Below are positions 10,795-21,934 of a stretch of DNA of 64,000 nucleotides, piece by piece (the first letter of the stretch is position 1; the number at the start of each line of letters is the position of its first letter). The DNA comes from Octopus sinensis. Lineage: Eukaryota. Below the pieces are notes generated by a model. That model was not told the origin of the DNA, searched no databases, and was given only the letters and a program-made list of their open reading frames with translations. The stretch is taken from assembly GCF_006345805.1 (NCBI RefSeq), contig NC_043007.1:44578001-44642000 (forward strand). Direction: 5' to 3'. The translations under genes and the position numbers were made by a program.

Positions 10795-11053
10795 TGCAGC
10801 GTTGAAGGTGTTTATAAGCCATTTAAGAAACACACAAAAACCGTTAGATTCACTTCAACATTTAAATTTAATTTGTCAAAATATTTTCGTCGCTTTGAGA
10901 CTGCGACCTGTTAGCACGATATTTTTGTCAGTGAACAGGTCGTGGTCTCAAAGCGACGAAAATATTTTGGCAAATTAAATTTAAATGTTGAAGTGAATGT
11001 AACGGTTTTTGTGTGTTTCTTAAATGGCTTACAAACACCTTCCACGCTGCAAT
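10795..11053. repeat. Foldback: ~118 bp arms with ~21 nt spacer
   Basis: ttgcagcgttgaagg...gcgacctgtt / aacaggtcgtgg...ccttccacgctgcaa, with only a few mismatches; flanked by (TA)n. Confidence 0.9.
10924..10974 (+). ncRNA. Hammerhead-like motif with G3-C8 swapped core
   Basis: tttgtca GTGAACA g gtcg-tggtctcaaag-cgac GAAA atatt t tggcaaa: 7 bp helix I, 4 bp helix II, palindromic helix III AATATT. Confidence 0.55.
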
Positions 11054-11409
11054 ATATATATACACACATATATATATATGTATGTATGTGTGTATATGTG
11101 TATGCATGTATGTGTGTGTGTGTGCGTGTCTGTGCTTGTGATTGTCCTCCACCACTGCTTGACAACGAATGTTGGTTTGTTTACATCCCTGTCACCTAGT
11201 GGTTTGACAAAGGAAACAGATAGAATAAGTACAATGCTTACAAAAATAAAACTGGAGTTGATTCATTAAACTACAATTCTTCAAGGCATTGCCCCAGCAT
11301 GGCCACAGACCAATGGCTGGAAAAAGCAGAAGAATAAAAGAATACATTCTCTGCTTTGGTCTTATGTTCAAGGCATGAGAAAGCTTGAGTTTACATGAGA
11401 AGGCCTAAC

Positions 11410-11675
11410 AGACCTGGTAGAAACAGCAGCCAAATCTCCCTCAAATCACACCTTACTGTCTTATGTATGTATATATATATGAGCCAATGAGGGTGACCTC
11501 TACATGGTAGCTAGACCTGGTAGAAATAGCAGCCAAATTTCCCCCAAATCACACCTTACTGTCTTATCTATATATATATGTATGTATGAGCCTATGAGGG
11601 AGACCCCTACATGGCAGCTAGACATGGTAGAAATAGCAGCCAAATCTCCCTCAAATCACACCTTACTGTCTTATC
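11410..11675 (+). repeat. Triplicated ~105 bp SINE-derived unit with embedded microsatellite
   Basis: agacctggtagaaatagcagccaaatctccctcaaatcacaccttactgtctta occurs at ~11410, 11513 and 11620; single related copies lie at ~6035 and ~8170 (reverse). Confidence 0.8.
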
Positions 11676-12402
11676 TTTCTGCTACTTGGATATAGGTCTT
11701 ATATTCTTCGTAAAAAACTTTCCTGTCACACACTCACGCACACGCACACACACACGCACCCTCACACACACACACGCGCACACACACACACACACACACA
11801 CTCACACACACGCACGTTAGCTTACAATTTTATTTATATATTTGCGTGTGTATGTGTGGAAAGAGGAAGTGGGAGGGAGAGTGAAAGAATCACTCACTAC
11901 AGTAAGTCAATTACTTTCATTTTATTCGTTGCCCACTGTGTGTGTGCGTTTGCGTGTGGTGTAAACCAGACTAAGAAAAGCATTTGACACACACACCAGA
12001 ATGTGAGTTTTCTGTAAATTTTGCTTAATTGGAGTTTAAATTTTAAAAACTGGACCTGGCATGACGCGATGCATTGTACTCTCAAAAATGCTAGGTAAAT
12101 TGTAATTGAAGAAATCCTATATTGTAGATTTGTATAACTCCCAAAGGGAGGCAGATAAAATCTGCCTTTTATAATAAGAGATAACGCTAATACTAGAAAA
12201 ACAATACATAGATTCCATTATTATCAATATAGTCACAATAGTACTAGAATACCATGCAAAGTGTTAAATATCCGCATATACATACGAAATATGAAGTACA
12301 AGCATTCTGTTTACACTACATTAAGATCCACAGGTGCACATATTTACGTCCGAGTTGCATTTACAACCCCTATCTCAATTTGTATATATATATATATATA
12401 TA

Positions 12403-12787
12403 TTCTCTTTTACTTGTTTCAGTCATTTGACTGCGGCCATGGTGGATCACCACCGTTAGTCGAGCAAATCGACCCCAGGACTTATTCTTTGTAAGCCTAG
12501 TACTTATTCTATCAGTCTGTTTGGCCGAACCACTAAGTGACAGGGACGTAAACACACCAGCATCAGTTGTCAAGCGATGTTGAGGGGACAAACACAGACA
12601 CACAAACATATACACACACATACATATATATATACATATATACGACGGGCTTCTTTCAGTTTCCGTCTACCAAATCCACTCACAAGGTTTAGTCGGCCTG
12701 ACGCTATAGTAGAAGACACTTGCCCAAGGTGCCATGTAACCATGTAGTTGATAAGCAAGCTACTTATCACACAGCCACTCTTGCGCC
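12403..12787 (-). mobile_element. Near full-length CORE-type SINE with internal CA/TA microsatellite
   Basis: tRNA-like head, CORE-like agacacttgcccaaggtgcc, and the 3' part shared with copies at 19.0, 23.0, 30.9 and 57.3 kb. Confidence 0.75.
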
Positions 12788-12790
12788 TTT

Positions 12791-12821
<31 letters not shown>

Positions 12822-12929
12822 GATAGATAGATATACATACAAACATACATACACATACATACATACATACATACATACATGCATACATGCATACATGCAT
12901 ACATGCATACATACATACATACATACATA

Positions 12930-14934
12930 CATCATCATGGCTCGGCTTCGCGAATGAAGATCAGGAAGGCTGTCCACGTCACGTGCATGCACGCTCATGA
13001 TTGACAAGTCCGATATGAGAAAGGCAGGTCTGTGAGCAGTGTCCACAGACGAAGGTAACATCTGGTGTGGTGTCAGAGGCAGCTCGCGCCTTCTTCCTGC
13101 ATCTCTTGTCTTTAAGTGCGTCTCTTCTTTGTTCCTCAAACTTGCTGACTGTGTTGAAGATCATATGGCGCCAGACATCACGGTCCGCAGCGAGGTCTGA
13201 CCAGCATTGGTGGTTAATATGACATGCCGTTAGAGACTTCTTGAGGCAGTCTTTGTAGCGCTTCCTCGGAGCTCCTCTCACACGGTGGCCGGTGGAGAGT
13301 TCGCCAAACAGGGCAATCTTAGGAAGGCGATGGTTCTCCATTCTGGAGACATGCCCTGCCAATCGGAGGTGGTACTTCAGTAACGCGGCTTCAATGCTGG
13401 GGATCTCGGCCCGCTCCAAGACTTCACTGTTTGTAACGAAGTTACACCCATGTATGTTGAGGATGGTGTGGAGACATCGCTGGTGGAAGCGTTCGAGGAG
13501 ACGGATGTGACTGCGGTAAGTGATCCAGATTTCTGAGCCATAGAGAAGAGTGGTGAGAACCACGGCCCTGTAAACACTGGTCTTTGTTTTGTTCCTCAGG
13601 CCACCATTGTGCCAAACACGTTTGTACAATCTGCCAAAGGAGCTATTTGCCTTAGAAAGTCTATTGTTAATTTCCTTGTCGATCTTTGCATCGGATGAGA
13701 TGATGCAGCCCAGGTATGTAAACTGCTGTATTGATTTCAGTTCGGTACCGCAGATAGTGATGTGGGGTGGGCGGTATTCTTCTTGGGGTGTAGGTTGGTG
13801 AAACACCTCCATCTTCTTGAGGCTGACCTCCAGGCCAAAGATCTGCGAGGCGCCTGCAAAGCAGGACATGATGCGCTGCAGAGCTCGCTCTGTGTGGGCG
13901 ACAAGGACAGCATCGTCTGCGAAGAGAAGGTCTCGAATCAACTTCTCCTGGGTCTTGGTGTGGGCTTGGAGGCGCCGTAGATTGAAGAGACTGCCATTCT
14001 GACGATACTTAACATACACCCCATCCTCATCCTCCATATCTTCAGTTGCATGCTTGATCATCATGCTGAAGAAGATGCTGAAGAGAGTCGGTGCCAGGAC
14101 GCAACCCTGCTTCACGCCGTTGGAAATGGGGAAGGGCTCCGACAGGTCAGCATTGAGTCTGACCAGGCTGATTCTCATGCAGCTGGATCACCATCTGTAG
14201 AAACTTGGTGGGACAGCCAAGTCGTTCCAGGATGAGCCATAGTCCTGTCCTGCTCACTGTGTCAAATGCTTTTGTAAGGTCGATGAAAGTAGCATAGAGT
14301 CCCCTGTTTTGTTCTCGGCACTTCTGGAGTTGGTGGAGGACGAACACCATATCCGTTGTGCCTCTGTTGGCTCTGAAGCCACACTGGCTCTTGGGGAGGT
14401 TTTCTTCAGCAATGGTTGGTACTAGCCTATTGAGCAAGATCCTGGCAAGTACTTTGCCGGCGATGGAGAGTAGGGTGATTCCCCGGTAGTTGGAGCAGTC
14501 AGACTTTTCACCCTTGTTCTTGTACAGTGTTATGATGATGGCGTCGCGAAGATCCTGTGGCAGCTTGCTCTGGTCCCAGCAGCAGACAAGAAAATCATGG
14601 AGCTTGTCATGGAGCATTGGACCTCCATTCTTCCAGATTTCTGGTGAGATGCCGTCCACTACTGCTGCTTTGCGACTCTTGAGTTGTCCTATGGCTTCAA
14701 TCGTTTCTTCGAGGGTGGGTGGTTTGTTGAGCTCCTCTTTGAGTGGAAGTTGAGGAATGCGAATGATGGCAGCGTCCTGTATGGTACAGTTAGCACTGAA
14801 GAGGCTTTGGAAGTGCTCGGACCAGTGAGCGAGGATGGAGGTGTTATCGGTGAGGAGGTCCTCTCCATCTGAACTGCGTAGAGGACTCTGGACCAGGTAG
14901 GTGGGAGCCATACACTGCTTTCAGAGCCTCATAG
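12930..14934 (-). mobile_element. 5'-truncated RTE-BovB-like LINE, young copy (RT plus C-terminal Cys/His motif)
   Basis: ORFs 14147-14911 and 12979-14178: KGEKSDCSNYRGITLL, QCGFR, FIDLTKAFD, GVKQGCVLAP, LFADD, CGHC...H...C. Only small frameshifts (~14165, ~14906). (GAT)3 tail; inserted in (TACA)n. Confidence 0.92.
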
Positions 14935-14951
14935 ATACATACATACGTATA

Positions 14952-15027
<76 letters not shown>

Positions 15028-15267
15028 TAGATAGATATACATACATACACATACATACACATACATACACATACATACATATATATATATTTATATATAT
15101 ATATATAATATATACATATATATATATTTTATATGAATCTATATAAATACATACATACATACATACATACATACATGTATATATATATTTCAAGATGTGA
15201 CCGCGTGTGTACCGTTGGCGATTTTTTTTCATCCTTCTTCCTTTCTCTGGATCTTTTCTTTTCCTAT

Positions 15268-15302
15268 GTTTCTGACGAAGAGCTCTGCTTGAAACGTTAA
15301 AC
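15268..15302 (+). ncRNA. Minimal hammerhead motif
   Basis: gttt CTGACGA a gagc-tct-gctt GAAA cgt t aaac. Helix III is the ACGT palindrome and there is an extra A between A9 and G10.1. Confidence 0.65.
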
Positions 15303-15534
15303 TCCTTTTTCCCTTCCTTCCTGAGCATCCAATAATACTATATTTGTTCCACGTCCTCGCATTGTTGTGTTTTCTCTTTGTGTTTTCATGTTTGGATTAA
15401 CTTTATATATAATATATATATATATAATATATACATATATACACATAATATGTATGTGTATGGCATGTATGTGTTGTTTTGCTCTAGTTTAACCTTGATT
15501 TAGTATCTATTTATATGCATATGTACGTAATATA

Positions 15535-15603
<69 letters not shown>

Positions 15604-15916
15604 ATATGTATGTATATATGTATGTATGTATATGTCATAGCATATCATTTTAATAATTACCTTTGAAGGTTTTTATTCCCATGCTGGCCACCTGATGAGA
15701 TAGGTATTTAAATATCGATCTTATCCTTATTTATATAAATTTATGCATGTATATATATATATACATATATACACACACACACATATACATACATACATAC
15801 ATACATACATACATACTACATACATATATATATATATTTCAAGATGTGACCGCGTGTGTACCGTTGGCGATTTTTTTTCATCCTTCTTCCTTTCTCTGGA
15901 TCTTTTCTTTTCCTAT

Positions 15917-15951
15917 GTTTCTGACGAAGAGCTCTGCTTGAAACGTTAAAC
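15917..15951 (+). ncRNA. Minimal hammerhead motif (duplicate)
   Basis: Identical to 15268-15302, 649 nt downstream on the same strand. Confidence 0.65.
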
Positions 15952-16184
15952 TCCTTTTTCCCTTCCTTCCTGAGCATCCAATAATACTATATTTGTTCCA
16001 CGTCCTCGCATTGTTGTGTTTTCTCTTTGTGTTTTCATGTTTGGATTAACTTTATATATATATATAATATATATATATATACATATATACACATAATATG
16101 TATGTGTATGGCATGTATGTGTTGTTTTGCTCTAGTTTAACCTGATTTAGTATCTATTTATATGCATATGTACGTAATATATGC

Positions 16185-16251
<67 letters not shown>

Positions 16252-16466
16252 ATATGTATGTATATATGTATGTATGTATATGTCATAGCATATCATTTTA
16301 AATAATTACCTTTGAAGGTTTTTATTCCCATGCTGGCCACCTGATGAGATAGGTATTTAAATATCGATCTTATCCTTATTTATATAAATTTATGCATGTA
16401 TATATATATATACATATATACACACACACACATATACATACATACATACATACATACATACATACA

Positions 16467-16499
<33 letters not shown>

Positions 16500-16610
16500 C
16501 TATAAATGTTTACACCATGGAAGTAATCATTGAGCATGTATGATGTAATCTTCAAAAGAATGTGTGATATTCTCAATTCTTATTCATATAGTTTTATATA
16601 CATATATATA

Positions 16611-16659
<49 letters not shown>

Positions 16660-16909
16660 TAAATGTATACATACATAGTGTGTTTGTGTGTGTTGTGTTA
16701 TACAACCCCACATATGTAATGTGTATTCTAAACTAGTATTCTTTCACGGATGATAAAATTTGAAACCATGGCGATGACGGCAAGTGCAATAAGGAAGAAG
16801 GGAATGAGGTATTTGACAAAGACCTGTTGGTTATGTTGACGACAGCAACATTGACACCAATAACCAGTGACGACAATGAAGAGAACAATGACAATAGTAT
16901 TCATTTCGC

Positions 16910-17166
16910 TGGCTGTGGAGGTGGTGGTAGTGGCATAGCTTGTCGATATGGTTATGGTAATGGTGGCAGTGGTGGTGGCAGGAGTGGTGATGTCAGCAGT
17001 GGTGGCAGTGGTGATGGCAGCAGTAGCAGTGGTGGTGGTTTTGGAGGCAGTGGTGGTCATTGTTTTGTGATCGTTGTGGTGTTTGTCATCTGGATGTGGT
17101 GATGGTGGTTGTGGTGATGATGGCAGTCATCATATAGGAAAGGATGATGATGATGATAATGATGAC

Positions 17167-17208
<42 letters not shown>

Positions 17209-17210
17209 GT
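16910..17210. repeat. Degenerate (GGT/GGC/AGT)n and (GAT)n trinucleotide tracts
   Basis: Directly visible; they account for the Thr-, Gly- and Asp-rich ORFs. Confidence 0.85.
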
Positions 17211-17704
17211 TTTTAGCTATTTGATAAGTAGGAGGATTTCTACATTCGTACAGTAACGAAGAAGTTGATGATGGCAATGTCATGATGATAATGATGTTGA
17301 CCACGATCATATCATTGTATTGACAATGATGTCATCATTGCCGTAATCATCATCATCATCATCATCATCACCAGTGTTATCAATGGAAATATTTTATCAT
17401 TGTGGCTATGTATTATGTAGCTACACCTAATTTAAATTTCCTTATAATATGTGAGGCGTGGCTCTTATTACCTGTCAATAGCAACTTGTGTAAATCTAAC
17501 AGATACGTGTATTAATTTACAATGTGTGTATGGGCATATATATATATATATATCGAAATATTTATGCTTATATAATCAAGCCAAGGAACTATAATCCTTT
17601 AAGGAATGTTTGCATTCTTGTTCTTTGATTTATTTCAATCTCTCTCTCTAACACATAGCTCATCCTAACTGTAACACCACCATCAATAACAAATATATGT
17701 ATAA

Positions 17705-17742
<38 letters not shown>

Positions 17743-18261
17743 TATATCATACATATTTGTTTATAAGTCTATAAATATACTCTAACGTTTTTTTTTTTAA
17801 ATACATGCATTACCAAAATACGCACATCTGAGTCTGTCAAAGGTCGACCAACATGTTTGAATGTAAATCCTTTCTGGAAATTCTCCCCTGATAAAATACC
17901 CAATCAACCAGTTTCAATTTGAAGATTTTAGATTACTTTAATTTCTCTAATTGAACTAATTGGATATGGAAATGGCTGTAGGAATAAAAATTTCATTTTA
18001 TATTAATTGAAATATCTTTGAATAAACTGATGTCAGTTTCTCCATTTTCTTCTTTTTTCTCATTTATATATATATATATATATATACATATGTAAAGTAT
18101 AGAAGCCATCTTATCATGGCTAACCACATTGGGGAGGGGGTTGTTACTGTAGCTTTATAGCCCCAAGAGATCTTCGTCTCTAGCTGGCTCTAAACACAAT
18201 ATCTGTGTCTTTGGAGTATTTGCAAAGGGAGGCCATCCCTTCCTCGCAAGCCTGAGTGATA

Positions 18262-18304
18262 CGCTCGAACTAGTTTCGGGATGGTTGTCCCTTGTCAACG
18301 GGCG
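18262..18304 (-). ncRNA. Hammerhead motif, U3-A8 core
   Basis: Minus strand: cgcccg TTGACAA ggga-caacca-tccc GAAA ctagt t cgagcg. Confidence 0.6.
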
Positions 18305-18700
18305 GTAACCACCAGGTAGCGATGAAAGTGAAGGCTCCTTTGCAAATAGATATAAGTTTTTCTAATGGCGTCTGCCACTGATGTCGAAAAACGAACAGTA
18401 AGCATAATTAAATCTCAGAATGAGATTGAAACAGTAATCGCTCGATAATGTAAAGTATAGAAGCCATCTTATCATGGCTAACCACATTGGGGAGGGGGTT
18501 GTTACTATAGCTCCAATGTGGTTAGCCATGATAAGATGGCTTCTATACTTTACATCATCGAGCGATTACTGTTTCAATCTCATTCTGAGATTAAATTATG
18601 CTTACTGTTCGTTTTTTTCGACATCAGTGGCAGACGCCATTAGAAAAACTTATATCTATTTGCAAAGGAGCCTTCACTTTCATCGCTACCTGGTGGTTAC

Positions 18701-18743
18701 CGCCCGTTGACGAGGGACAACCATCCCGAAACTAGTTCGAGCG
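18701..18743 (+). ncRNA. Hammerhead motif, U3-G8 core
   Basis: cgcccg TTGACGA ggga-caacca-tccc GAAA ctagt t cgagcg; helix III is the palindrome ACTAGT. Confidence 0.65.
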
Positions 18744-18960
18744 TATCACTCAGGCTTGCGAGGAAGGGATGGCCTCCCTTTGCAAATACTCCAAAGACAC
18801 AGATATTGTGTTTAGAGCCAGCTAGAGACGAAGATCTCTTGGGGCTATAAAGCTACAGTAACAACCCCCTCCCCAATGTGGTTAGCCATGATAAGATGGC
18901 TTCTATACTTTACATTATCGAGCGATTACTGTTTCAATCTCATTCTGAGATTTAATTATG

Positions 18961-19007
<47 letters not shown>

Positions 19008-19009
<2 letters not shown>

Positions 19010-19175
19010 CACAGGAGTGGCTGTGTGGTATATAGATACAGGTGTGGGTGTGTAGTTAAAAGCTTGGTTCAGGTTCAGTCCCACTGCATGCTACTTTGAG
19101 CAAGTGTCTTCAAATATAGCCTTGAGTCGACCAAAGCCTTGTGAGTGGATTTGGTAGTTGGAAACTGAAAGAAGC

Positions 19176-19243
<68 letters not shown>

Positions 19244-19400
19244 TTATGTGTGTGTGTCTTTGCTTATGTATTTGTCCCCTCACCATCGTTTGACAATTGA
19301 TGTTGGTGTGTTTATATTGCTGTAACTTAGTGGTTTGGCAAAAGAGACCAATAGAATAAGGACTAAGCCTACACGGAATAGTCCATGAAATAAGTAAAAG
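19008..19400 (+). mobile_element. CORE-type SINE
   Basis: ggcacaggagtggctgtgtggta head, ctttgagcaagtgtcttc core, internal (TA)n. Confidence 0.65.
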
Positions 19401-19798
19401 AATAAAAGATTTAAAAAATATATATAATTGTGTAAATACCTGTCTCTGTGTGTTTCTGTACAAGTGTATACATATTTATAAACATATTTCTACATACACA
19501 TATACACACACACAAGTTAGACAACAGTTAATGGAAAGAATACACACAAAAAATATTAGCAAATATATTAATAGTTGCATACACAATCACACATAATCTC
19601 TCTCTCTCACACACACCAACAACATTAAATGGAAAATTGATTCCATGATTAAACTCAATATTAAGGTGACAAAAAGATGTTTGATATGTTCTCTGGAAAA
19701 ACTGTACCTTTTAAAAAACATAAGAGCCTCTGATGATTGTGTAAGATCTAGGAACAAGATGTTTTCTTAACTATTTAAAAAATACATCTTAGCAGAAA

Positions 19799-20199
19799 TC
19801 TTTATATATAAAAGAGAAGTTGTGTGTCTGTCTCCTACGATTTAGATTCCTAACTACTCCCACATTTTACGGTGCAGTTTAACCAAAACCGGGTATCTTA
19901 TAGTCATGATTCATATCGAGCCCTTCTGGGTATTAGCGTGTATCTACAATGAGTCTACGATTAAAAAAAAAATTTACCATTATTTTTTTCCATTTTAATG
20001 CATTTTTTTCGCTATTATATAAGGGAAGTAACTCTCTAAAAATGTCTACGATGAGTCAACGATTTAAAAAAAAATTTACCATAATTTTTTTTCCATTTTT
20101 AATACATTTTTTTTTGCTATTTTTTGGCTATAACTCTCTAAAAATGCTTACATAGTTATTTCCCTTACAAACCCGAGCAATGCCGGGCGATACTGCTAG
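19799..20199 (+). mobile_element. Non-autonomous Helitron, copy 3
   Basis: A|TCtttatatataaaag ... cccgagcaatgccggg cgatactgCTAG|T. Confidence 0.85.
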
Positions 20200-20424
20200 T
20201 TTAAGATAAACCACTGGACACATCATAAATCACTACAGTCAGGTTTATGTAATTTTGATGTGCGTAATGTTTGTTGTAATGTTGGTTATGTCACCTGTGT
20301 TTTTCTCTCTGTGTTTCCTCTCTATCTTTCTCTAAATGAGCATTCTCATTCAAATGTCAACTGCTTCAAATGCAGTTAACAAATAGTTTTGATTTTATCA
20401 GTTTGAAAAATGGCAGAATAAATA

Positions 20425-21324
20425 CACAAGGTATGTGTTTTACTACTTCATAGTTAGGTTGCGCTTATAGGCATAAGAGAATAAATTCTCATCAATAAGC
20501 CTGGTGTTAAAACACTGAGAAGTAATAGATAAGTGAGATAACTTGCATCTAGTCCTATTCAGTGAGTGATAGACATCGATGTTTCATAATTTTTGTGACT
20601 TGTCAATATGATGTACCTGAAATGAGGCCCAATGCAAGTTTAATCACAGTATATGCAAAATGGTGTAAGAACCACCTGCTGGTATGTTCCAACATTTCTT
20701 ATCACAGAAAAAAATCCAAATATGAATTAAAAGCAGTTCAAGGGATTTAAACAGTTCATGGGTAGGCTGCACTTATAGGTATAAGAGAATATATTCTTGT
20801 CAATGTGCCTGGTGTTAAAACAAATGAAAGTCATAGTCAGGTGTGATAACTTGCATACAGTCCCATTCAGGAAATTTTGCTATGATATTAACACCAGGTG
20901 CAACAACGAGAATATATTCTCTTATGCCTACAAGTGTAACCAACCCATAAACTACCAAAACACATACCTTGCATATATATGTTCAATATTGTTTCTATTC
21001 TTTGAGCTGCTATTAATCCATACTTGAATTTTTTCCTCGGTATGAAATGTTGGGACATACCAGCAGATGGTTCGTACACTATTTTGTGTATACTCATAGA
21101 CAGCGATTAAAATTGCATTGAACCTTGTTTCGGATACACAGTATCAACAAGTCATAATAATGATGAAACATCAAAGTGTATTGCTCCTGAATGGGACCAG
21201 ATGCAAGTTGTCTCACTTATCAATGACTTCTCAGTGTTTTAACACCAGGCTTATCGATGAGAATTTATTCTCTTATGCCTATAAGTGCAGCTTAGCCATG
21301 AAGTAGCAAAACACATACCTTGTG
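20425..21324. mobile_element. Older foldback of a ~310-350 nt tandem monomer carrying decayed HHRs
   Basis: cacaaggtatgtgtttt at 20425 and its reverse complement ending at 21324. Each arm repeats its terminal ~100 bp internally (20466/20773; 20910/21261). HHR remnants at 20569-20609 (-) and 21139-21183 (+). Confidence 0.7.
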
Positions 21325-21934
21325 TATGTGTGTTCAAAATTGTTTACACACTCACACACACACACACATGTGTATTAAAGATTAATTAAGAAGATGGAGT
21401 ATAACAAAAAGCATTTATTGGTTCAACAATGGTTTTGGCTTTAAGTTGCATGGTTTCCAAGTGGGTGTAGAGTGATGCAGTAACACCAGATGCAACACAC
21501 AGTGCAAAAGAGCCTCTTCGTGTGGCATAATATGCTTATGAGTTCACAGATTTACATTTCGATTTTGTGTCAGATAAATTGGTGGTATTAAGAGATTCCA
21601 GCCATTCAGATTCAATTGCACTAATGAGGAGGATTTGGTTAAGAAGAAAATACAAGAATAAAAACACAAATCATTTAACATAAATCGGGTGGGGGTGTTA
21701 ATATTTGTGGTCATGGTATTATATATGTATGAGTGTATGTGTATCTCTCTCTCTCTCTCTATCTGTCTATCTATGATGATAGCTGTAAATTTTTTGACCG
21801 AGGAATTCCATTGTAAAATGCCAGCAATACTCATGCATGAGTTTATTGCATCAGCAGTCAGCATGGCTGCCATGCTCAATGCGGTACCATTCTACTGGAC
21901 TGGGCATCAGATAGTTACCTTGTTGGCAATAGCA

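Larger units (their letters stand above)
15186..16480. repeat. Near-identical ~649 bp tandem duplication of composite repeat/microsatellite block
   Basis: caagatgtgaccgcgtg... at ~15191 and ~15840. Non-microsatellite parts differ by about one base; microsatellite lengths differ. Confidence 0.9.
18090..18962. mobile_element. Palindromic insertion of a 358 nt HHR-bearing tandem monomer (retrozyme/Penelope pseudo-LTR-like)
   Basis: atgtaaagtatagaagcc recurs at 18090 and 18448. Arms 18090-18490 and 18513-18915 are near-perfect reverse complements with a 22 nt spacer; embedded in (TA)n. Confidence 0.85.

Noticed and set aside
16728-17060. ORF resembling mucin stalk plus transmembrane segments plus Cys cluster
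   Set aside because: Thr and Ile/Val/Phe content follows from decayed (ACC)n and (ATC/GTC)n repeats; there are no splice or homology cues.
20425-21324. Simple Tc1/mariner MITE interpretation (TA flanks, long TIRs)
   Set aside because: Not excluded, but internal tandem repetition of the termini and HHR remnants in both arms fit a Penelope/retrozyme foldback better.
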